From positions 35,278,001 to 35,342,000 of the forward strand of contig OZ024748.1 in NCBI GenBank assembly GCA_964016885.1: 64,000 nt of DNA, in the 5' to 3' direction. A program made the translations under genes and the position numbers. Numbering within the stretch: position 1 is the first letter of the stretch; each line of letters opens with the position of its first letter. Below, one piece after another: positions 56,019 to 64,000 of the stretch. Source of the stretch: Eledone cirrhosa (taxonomy: Eukaryota). Below the pieces are notes generated by a model. That model had not been told where the DNA came from. It was given only the letters and a program-made list of their open reading frames with translations, and made no database searches.

Positions 56019-56640
56019 ATGAAAGAGTACTGGTGGAATGTTCCAGTAAAAACCCCAATAAAATGCAGGCATAACAGACCAGATATTATGATATGGGACA
56101 GGGAGAAGAAAACATGCACAGTAGTGGAAATTAGCTGCCCAGCAGATGCCAATATAATATCAAAGATTAGTGAAAAGGAGAATATTTATACAGAACTGAT
56201 GAGAAATCTGCAGATACTCCACCCTGATTACACCTTCAGATTTATGCCTGTGATTATTGGGACACTGGGATATGTTAGTAACTGCCTCAATACAAATCTT
56301 GAGAAGCTAGGCTTCACAGGAACAGAAAGAACACAACTAGTTAGGAAATTACAAGTACAATCCATTAATGGAACAGTAAAAATATGTAAAACATTCCAAA
56401 AATTTTGCATCTAATAACTGCATATACACATGTACAGATACAAAGCATATACACATGCAGACATACAACTCAAAACATACATATCCACACATACAATAAC
56501 ATCCATATCTACACATGCATGCATACATACATATCTACCTAGTTGATGTGTAAATTCCAATGAGAGAGTCTAGTGTCTATGTTAGAAACCGACTCTCTCT
56601 CTATTGGTAAAACTTTGTGAAATTATAAAACCAGAAGAAC
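56019..56640 (+). mobile_element. 5'-truncated R4/Dong-like non-LTR retrotransposon: restriction-like endonuclease C-terminus (ORF 56019-56414) plus 3' UTR
   Basis: ORF has the REL signature HNRPDIMIWDREKKTCTVVEISCP...EKENIY...MPVIIGTLG...LQVQSINGTVKI (PD..E/D-x..K-x2-Y). The 3' UTR has a long hairpin (56,557-56,607). It is embedded in CATA/TACA repeats. Confidence 0.85.
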
Positions 56641-56752
56641 ATACATATATACATAAACATATATATTTGAGGAGATACCATACAATCGAGAATTTCCCAG
56701 AAAATCTTTAGAAATCTCGTTCACAGTATTTTTATTTTAATTCTCATCTGTT

Positions 56753-56824
56753 ATTACGTCATATCATTTCCGGTTGTAATTACGTCATATCATTTCCGCC
56801 TGCAATTATGTCATATCATTTCCG
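56753..56824. repeat. 26-bp tandem repeat x3 (ATTACGTCATATCATTTCCG core)
   Basis: Three consecutive ATTA(C/T)GTCATATCATTTCCG copies plus a partial fourth (TCATTTCCG ~56,839). Confidence 0.85.
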
Positions 56825-56897
56825 TTACCTTCACAGTTTCATTTCCGTTTATTGATCTTGGTAGACATAAAGTTATACTTCTCTTATATGTTGGCTA

Positions 56898-57131
56898 GTG
56901 TTGTTGTTGTTGTTGGAGTTGTCGTTGACGGTGTTGTTGTTGTTGGAGTTGTCGTTAATGGTGTTGTTGTTGTTGTTGGATTTGTCGTTGATGGTGTTGT
57001 TGGAGTTGTCGTTGACGGTGTTGTTGTTGTTGTTAGAGTTGTTGTTGATGGTGTTGTTGTTGTTGCTGAAGTTGTTGACGGTGTTGTTGTTGTTGTTGCT
57101 GAAGTAGTTGACGGTGTTGTTGTTGTTGTTT
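56898..57131. repeat. (GTT)n-based ~30-bp compound minisatellite
   Basis: Units such as GGTGTTGTTGTTGTTGGAGTTGTCGTTGAC repeated about 8 times. Confidence 0.92.
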
Positions 57132-57176
57132 AATCTATCCGTCTACATCTCATATAATTTATTATGACACCATTCA

Positions 57177-57356
57177 GGGCAGCAGAACGTCGGTAAACCT
57201 ACTTTGTGCCATATAGATATTACAGCCTTTTAATGTTCTGGGTTCAAATCCCGGCGAGGTTAGCTTTGGCTTTCATCCATAGGAGCTCTAGTACTCATAA
57301 AGTACCCATAACACCAGTAAAAGTGAAATACTAGTGTCGATATAATCGACTTTCCC
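57177..57356 (+). mobile_element. Degenerate tRNA-derived SINE
   Basis: Pol III B-box GGTTCAAATCC at 57,241 followed by GAGGTTAGCTTTGGCTTTCATCC...GTCGATATAATCGACT. It shares GCYTTTCATCC..ACCAGTAA with the fragment at 61,500 and resembles cephalopod SINEs from recall. Confidence 0.65.
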
Positions 57357-57956
57357 AGTGTCTGCTGTCTACCAAATTCCAACAACTAGGAATTGGTCAA
57401 CACGGGGTTGGGCTGGAGCATTCTTAGAATTATCTACTGAGTAGAATATCTGGGACTTAAGTTGTTGACCTCTTTGAGGTGGACCCCGGAAACTGATCAC
57501 TGATCTTAATCTGGCGAACGACAACCAGAGACAGCAACAGTCTCATATGCAAGAAAAGATAGAATAATATATATATATATATATATATTGTTATACTTGG
57601 GGAGGGTCATATTTGTGTAATATTGCCAGAATTAATAAAAGAACACACTCACTGTTTGGTTGGTTTTCGCTTCTCGCTTCTGTGTCTTTTATATCGGTAA
57701 TCTAACTTACTCGGTCCTCAATGTTGCCATTGACTGACCGACGGTCAAAAATAATACAGATACAATATAGACACAAACACATATATATAGTTTACATAAT
57801 TTACATAAATCTTTCGTTGCACATCTGCAACATCGTCAGTGGTGTTATATTTTTTCCTCCTGTTGTGTTGTATGTCTACGCCATTTTTTTATTCAGTCTG
57901 TCTATATATTTATTTATTTATTTGCTTGTTTGTTTATTTATTGTTTGTTTATTTAG

Positions 57957-59840
57957 ACAGTCGACGACCCGACAACAGGACCACCAACAAGACCCGTATG
58001 CGGAGCTAATATAGCTAGCAACTACAGGATCTCCTACTTCCTCTCAATGGTTATACGCCCCATAATCAAGATGTCCCCAGATGTATGTGAAAGTACAGAG
58101 GACCTCCTCAGCAGAATCAGTGAGTGCAACAAAAACAGGAGCCTATCCAACTGCATAATAGGCAGCATGGATGTGGTGTCACTGTACCCATCCATTAACA
58201 TTGATTTTGCTGTGAAAAGATGTGTGGAGATGATCATTGAGAGTGGGGTGAAGTTCTGCGACGTCGACACAGACGAACTGGGCCTCCTACTTAGACTTAC
58301 CTACGACACTGACTACCTAGACAGCCATGACCTTAGATGTTTCTGCCCTAGTAGACCTATAAGAGGTAGACCCCCCACCATAACCTCAATGGCAAAAAAG
58401 ACTCCCATGGGAAGGTGGATTGGGTGGACCAAAGCTATACGGACCCCCCAAAACAATGATCAGGTAAGAAAAATGGTCGCACATGCAATAGGGGCTAGTA
58501 TCAAAACTACCCTAAAGGGCCACATATTTAAGTTCAATGAGAAAATCTACACCCAAAATGAGGGAGCAGCCATCGGCGTCAGCATAGCTGGTGATGTTGC
58601 CAACCTTTTCATGGTATGGTGGGAAAGGAGACTTAAAGATCTCCTTAATGAAAGCTCCATAGACCTCATCATGTACTCTCGTTATGTAGACGATATCAAT
58701 ATAGTTATAAGAACACCCAGACTAGAGAGCACTAACAAGTTTGATTTAGAACGTAGCACGATGGAAAGCATCCAGCAGATAGCTAATTCCATACACCAGA
58801 GTATAACTGTAACTATCGACTTCCCTTCCAAACACCCTAACAATAGACTACCTGTATTAGACACAGAACTCTGGATTAACACTATAGACGAGAGAGCCCA
58901 AATTCTCCACTCACACTATGCTAAACCCATGGTTTCCAAATACCTGATACTCAAAAACTCAGCAATGTCCAGTAGTGCTAAGTTTAATATTCTGATCGCA
59001 GATTTGGTACGAGTGATGAAGAATGTGTCCCGCATGTGCGACCCAACAGAAATGGAAAGACACATCCAACACTTCATCAACCGCATGCAGTTCTCTGGCT
59101 ACAACCAAAGAGACAGAATCAGAGTATACGAAGGAGCCATGGAGAAGTATAAGACCCTCATAGAACTGGACATGAAAGGAATTTGCCCATTATACAGGAG
59201 CAAATCATGGAATAGCTTAGATAGGGATAGACATAAGAGAGGGAAGGCCACATCATGGTACGACAACCAGAGATATCAGAGTGTCATGTTTGTGGACGCC
59301 ACCCCTGGAGGGAAATTAGCTAACCAGTGTAGAAAGGCCCTGAGAAAGACCCACTTAAAAATAAAGGTGGTAGAAAAGCCAGGAACCACCATAAAATCCC
59401 TGATCAGCAAAACCTACCCTTTTAAGAAAACCCACTGTGCCAATAGGAAATGTATCATATGTAAGGTGAACCCCCGGATAAACTGTAAAACTAGAAACGT
59501 AGTCTATAGCATAAGATGTACAGAGGGTACTTGCAGAAACGTGACAACAACATACATAGGTGAGACAGCTCGTAGCATAGGTGAAAGGATATACCAACAC
59601 TGGGGGGAACTAAAAGGACGAAAAAACGGGTCAGTACTATAAGAACATGCTAGACGGTAACATGACGGTAACATAGACAACATAGAAATTAGAATAATAT
59701 CTAAACATAGGAATAACCCAGCAGATAGGCAAATCAGAGAGGCCAGTGAAATAGAAATTAGAAGACCAAAGCTAAACAGAAAGAATGAGTGGAACAACAA
59801 CAACACCCAAACAAACAACACTGACCTAAGAGAAGTATAA
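57957..59840 (+). pseudogene. Penelope-like reverse transcriptase - Cys-rich linker - GIY-YIG endonuclease (two in-frame TAA stops in the endonuclease)
   Basis: The frame is open upstream of the tracked ATG (GPPTRPVCGAN). RT motifs: SMDVVSLYPSI, QNEGAAIG, YSRYVDD, LPVLD. Linker CxxxxCxxC. GIY-YIG: VYSIRC..YIGETARSIGERIYQH. After the stop at 59,640 the frame continues EHARR*HDG...RQIREASEIEIRRPKLNRKNEW to TAA at 59,840. Confidence 0.92.
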
Positions 59841-60106
59841 ATAAGTAAATAAAATAAAATAAAATAAGATAAATAAATACATACACAAGCACAATAACAA
59901 CAAGCACATAAACACACACTAGTCACCCAGCAAACACAACACTATACACACTAGTCACACAGCAAACATAACACTATACACACACGCAAACGCATGCGCA
60001 AAGAAGACAAAATAAATAAACAAACAAGCAAATAAACAAATAAATATATAGACAGACTGAATAAAAAAATGGCGTAGACATACAACACAACAGGAGGAAA
60101 AAATAT

Positions 60107-60150
60107 AACACCACTGACGATGTTGCAGATGTGCAACGAAAGATTTATGT
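60107..60150 (+). ncRNA. Minimal type-I hammerhead-ribozyme-like motif in the Penelope pseudo-LTR (inverted copy at 57,806-57,842, minus strand)
   Basis: CTGACGA-T-GTTGCA-gatg-TGCAAC-GAAA-GATT-TA: core CUGANGA, 6-bp stem II, GAAA and a very short stem III. Stem I pairing is weak. Confidence 0.6.
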
Positions 60151-60450
60151 AAATTATGTAAACTATATATGTGTTTGTGTCTATATTGTATCTGTATTAT
60201 TTCTGACCGTCGGTCAGTCAATAGCAATGTAGTTACCTACATAGAGCACTCTTTTTTCCTGGACTTTTCCGACGGAATTACTTCATTTATAATATATATA
60301 TAATATATATATATATATAATATATATATATATAATATATATATATAATATAGTTTATATGTATACGTATTGGTATAAATTTTAGGAAAAGATAGCTGTA
60401 AAAGGGAAATAAAATTATGCAGTTCATTAGTAGTAGAATCTATATTGTGA

Positions 60451-60567
60451 AGGCGTGTGGCTGAGTGGTTAGGGAATTGGATTCGCAATCGTAAGGTTGT
60501 GAGTTCGATTCCTGGACCAAGCGATGCGTTATGTCCTTGAGTAAGACACTTTATTTCACGTTGCTCC
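60451..60567 (+). mobile_element. tRNA-derived SINE 5' part
   Basis: A-box TGGCTGAGTGG (60,458), B-box GTTCGATTCC (60,503), then the SINE central-domain-like TGTCCTTGAGTAAGACACTTTATTTCAC. Confidence 0.8.
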
Positions 60568-60669
60568 TTCTACCTGGAGTTGCGACCGATAGATAGTATT
60601 AGCAATTGGAAAGACCAACGGAAACATTGTTCCCTCGGTCCGATTTGACGAAAGTCGATCGTTCCTTAA

Positions 60670-60705
<36 letters not shown>

Positions 60706-60709
60706 ATAC

Positions 60710-60765
<56 letters not shown>

Positions 60766-60813
60766 ATATAATATATATATATATATATACAATATATATA
60801 TATATATATATAT
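60670..60813. repeat. Interrupted (TA)n microsatellite (similar tracts at 57,567-57,588, 60,290-60,350, 61,776-61,843)
   Basis: Directly visible TA runs. Confidence 0.95.
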
Positions 60814-61499
60814 TTTAAATCAGTTAACCTATAATTAATATTCTACTACTAATGAACTGCATAATTTTATTTCCCTTTTACAGCTATCTTTTCCTAAAAT
60901 TTATACCAATAAGTATACATATAAACTATTTTAATTTCAGGTTATGAATCTATATTCCTTGTAATCTATATAAATTTGTTATTTCTCACTAATACATTTA
61001 TCCCCCACCCCTCCAGTTTTTTTCCCTTTGTTTTTAACAACATTCTCCAATTACATCTAACTCTTATTTATCATATCTATATGAATTAATATAAATTTAT
61101 CAATATAAATTTACCTATCAATTAAATTAATTTATTTTCTTTTTATAGATGTAAATTCCTTATGTTTTAAATAAGATTGATATTTTTCACTAACCTATTT
61201 ATCCTAAAATTTTATTCTCCTTAGATTTTAACATTAGCATTATTCTTTTATAACATCAAATTTTCGTGTACCTTTCACCGGCTTGACCTATTTTCATCCC
61301 CAAAGTAATCTTTTCATTCAAAATACTCTTTCCATTCAAAACAGAAGTCTGCTTTCCTCTACCCCTAAATTGAATTTCTATTACTACTATTCTATCATCT
61401 TGACAACTTACTACCTTTCTATTGGTCAATTCAAAACCTGTTCCCAAACAGACCTATTATATTAAATCTTTGTTGGTTTTTTTCAATAAACAAATATCA

Positions 61500-61590
61500 T
61501 TTGCCTTTCATCCTTACGGGGTCGATAAAATAAATACCAGTAATACACTGGGTAATTGCTGGCCTTGTGCCTAACGTAGAAACAATTATT
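61500..61590 (+). mobile_element. SINE 3' fragment (same family as 57,177-57,356)
   Basis: TTTGCCTTTCATCCTTACGGGGTCGATAAAATAAATACCAGT...GCTGGCCTTGTGCCTAA. Confidence 0.65.
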
Positions 61591-61775
61591 TCTGAAGACA
61601 GCATATATATGTGTAGGTATGTATATTCCCTCTGATAGTTTGTAAACATTTTACATAGATCTATATGATATACATACCAACACACACATATATATCCTAG
61701 AAACGATCGTAAAATGATGAATTTTTAATATAAGGAACTGTTTGTTTGCTTTTATTCATTATTTTTATTAATTTA

Positions 61776-61806
<31 letters not shown>

Positions 61807-62154
61807 ATATATATTATATATATATATATATATTATATATATGTAAAAGTTCTATTTAAATTGTTCGGATATAACAAGCAAATGTTTTTATAACTGATAT
61901 AAAGCACTCAACAAATATTTGGAGTAAAAATACGATATTAACAAATGGAAACTATATTTATAAAACCATATTTATTTCATTATACATATTTCAAGGACAC
62001 CAAGTTAAATTATCAGACAAAATATAATATAGCTCAGTTTTATAAATAAATATTGACATACCCTTAAAAAATGCAACCATTACTGCTGGAAGCTCCCGGA
62101 TAGTGGAGTTGTTTAATTATATTATTATTAGCATTGGATATTTTTATTTTTAAA

Positions 62155-62360
62155 ATATGATTAATTGCACCATCTAAATCGGACCTTGGCAGACTTAGCA
62201 AAAATATTCTGGACAGAATAATACCACAAATTAAGAATTTATCTAATTTATCTTATTTAAAATTATGGAAAGGAACTGGTGAAGTTATCGATTGATTTAA
62301 AGAAATTAAATATAACTATAATAATAAGTTTATTCAGTTGGATATTGCTAACTAATACTC

Positions 62361-62401
<41 letters not shown>

Positions 62402-64000
62402 AGGCGGGTAAAATTCCCGAGATCCATGGACGAGTTCTCTCCAGCGGTCTCTGTCCCTCATTATCGCTGCCATATCCTGCATCTCCAACAGACCAGTGTC
62501 TGTCCTTAGGGCATCAACATATGTTAACCTTGGTCTTCCTCTTCTAGTGTGTCCATGTAGGGGCTCCCAAAGGAGCACTGAGTGCAATGTCAACTCTGGA
62601 TGTCGGTGAGCATGTCCAGCCAACCTCAGTCTTCTCTGTGTCACTTTTGAGCTGACTTTTGGGATGCTCCCATACAGCTCTGAGTTTTTCATCCTCAGTG
62701 TATACTGATTAATGTTCAGAGCCATCCTCAGCATTCTCGTGTAGCACCCATCCACCATCTGAGTGAGTCTCTTGGTCAGTGTCCAAGTCTCAGACCCATA
62801 CAGCAGCACAGACTCCACTACAGCATAAGGCACCAACTTACGCATTTAAACATACAGACATAACTAGCAATGAAATGCACATTATATTATCGGCACGGAA
62901 AACATTAATAGAATTTAATAACCAACTCTGGACTAGGGCAGATAGAAATAATAATTTCGACATAACTATGGGATCATCCGATTCCGCTCAAGTAAAGGAT
63001 CTTGTGGGCCTAATTATAATTAATTCTCTACATAGAAAAATACCTGAGATAACCGGAGGTTTATATCGTGACGACATGCTTTTACTTATAGAAAATAATA
63101 ACTGTGAACTAAATAGAAAAAGAAAACAAATTATACAATTTTTTAATTACCTTAATCTAAAAGTAGAAATAGAGAATAACCATAAAATAGTCAATTTTCT
63201 AGATGTAACACTAAATCTTAACACATGTCTTCATATCCATTTCACAAACTAAATGCGAACTTAAATTACGTCAATTTTAACTCTAATCACCCCAGATCCG
63301 TTAAAAATACTATAGTGAACTCTGTACAAGAATGAATTTCGAGAATTTCAGCTAATAAGAATATATTTGATGAAAAAGCACATTATTACAACGAAGCGTT
63401 AGGTAGAGCTGGGTATAGAAATAAAATTAAATACATCGATAATAATAATAATAAAATAAAAACTCGCCATAATCGTAACAATTTTAACTATGGTAACAAT
63501 TTTAACAACTATAATAGAAAACCTTAATTAATTCCGAAAGCCGAAAAAGAAATAGAACTAGGAACATATTATGGTTCGCTCCTCCTTTCTCATTAAATAT
63601 TAAAACCCCTATTGCTAAACTATTTTTTAAAGCTCTTGACAAATGCTTCCCTAGAACACATAGATATTACTCAATTTTTAATAGACATACTATAAAATTA
63701 ACTTATTCTTCCACCAAAAATTTAGCGCAAAATATTAATAGAATTAATAATAGAAATTTAAAACCTAACCAAAATACCAATAATAACCCAAGCAATATTC
63801 AATCTGATAAATGTAACTGTAGAAATAAATCTAACTGTCCGTTAAATAACAATTGCTTAGCTAAAAATGTAGTATATAATTGTAATGTAAAAACTAATTT
63901 AAATTCATTTAATTATGTGGGATCTACTTCCACAGAGTTTAAATACCGCTTCAATAATCATAAAAATTCTTTTACAGATCCAAACAAAAAATCTTCAACT
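62155..64000 (+). mobile_element. Second, decayed Penelope-like element (YRDD-type RT + GIY-YIG), interrupted by an RTE-like insertion and running off the window
   Basis: Segments read LIAPSKSDLGRLSKNILDRII..KFIQLDIAN*YSSI | FDITMGSSDSAQVKDLVG..GLYRDD..VNFLDVTLNL | SNHPRSV..WFAPPFS..IFNRHTIKLTYS..CNCRNKSNCPLNNNC..VVYNC..YVGST..FKYRFNNHKNSF, with several stops and frameshifts. Confidence 0.88.
62361..62824 (-). mobile_element. 5'-truncated RTE-clade LINE (RT C-terminal region) with (GATA)n tail
   Basis: ORF 62,399-62,845(-): VESVLLYGSETWTLTK..DGCYTRMLR..RRLRLAGH..LLWEP..RRGRPRLTY..DRDRWR. The stop TAG runs directly into (ATAG)n at 62,361-62,400. Confidence 0.9.

Larger units (their letters stand above)
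57724..60227 (+). mobile_element. Penelope-like retroelement, 5'-truncated, bounded by an inverted copy of its 3' pseudo-LTR
   Basis: RT+GIY-YIG ORF flanked by ~218-bp inverted repeats (57,724-57,942 and 60,011-60,227). Confidence 0.92.
60350..60929. repeat. 90-bp near-perfect inverted repeat pair (60,350-60,439 / 60,840-60,929)
   Basis: ATAGTTTATATGTATAC...TAGTAGTAGAAT is the reverse complement of ATTCTACTACTA...GTATACATATAAACTAT, with one mismatch seen. Confidence 0.93.

Noticed and set aside
56852-57133. Poly-Val and poly-Leu ORFs
   Set aside because: Stop-free frames of a GTT repeat.
59640-59660. Selenocysteine/readthrough recoding of the Penelope stops
   Set aside because: Both in-frame stops are TAA, not TGA, so ordinary decay is more likely.
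57721-60227. Paralogous small ORFs (MLPLTDRRS.. / MLLTDRRS..) and antisense ORFs within the RT
   Set aside because: Explained by the inverted pseudo-LTR copies and by shadow frames of the Penelope ORF.
60451-60520. tRNA gene
   Set aside because: A and B boxes are present but no convincing cloverleaf forms, and the sequence continues into a SINE body.
60930-61490. Possible coding remnant (ORFs 61256-61447 and 61283-61465)
   Set aside because: No recognisable motif in the frames read; left unannotated.

Overview
Eukaryotic, gene-free repetitive DNA at the edge of a large satellite block. The SINE motifs and microsatellite content suggest an invertebrate, probably an octopus/cephalopod; this rests on recalled motifs and was not verified. 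Bases 1-~53,920 are a head-to-tail 52-bp satellite (consensus GTCTAGGTGGTATATCTCAGCTGTGGTAGGGAGTGACAGACTCTACACCCCA, roughly 1,040 monomers by length). It has nested higher-order duplications: 395 bp, ~2.7 kb, ~3.8 kb, ~5.4 kb, a near-perfect 8,535-bp tandem duplication and three tandem ~5.7-5.8-kb units. Several recurrent monomer variants change both arms of an internal quasi-palindrome so that pairing is kept. The last ~10 kb is a nest of retroelement remnants and microsatellites. It holds a Penelope-like element (RT + GIY-YIG) with an inverted pseudo-LTR carrying a hammerhead-like motif, a second decayed YRDD-type Penelope-like element split by an RTE-like LINE, an R4/Dong-type REL endonuclease 3' fragment, a C2H2-ending LINE 3' fragment and tRNA-derived SINEs. 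No host protein-coding gene, CRISPR array or prokaryotic system is supported.
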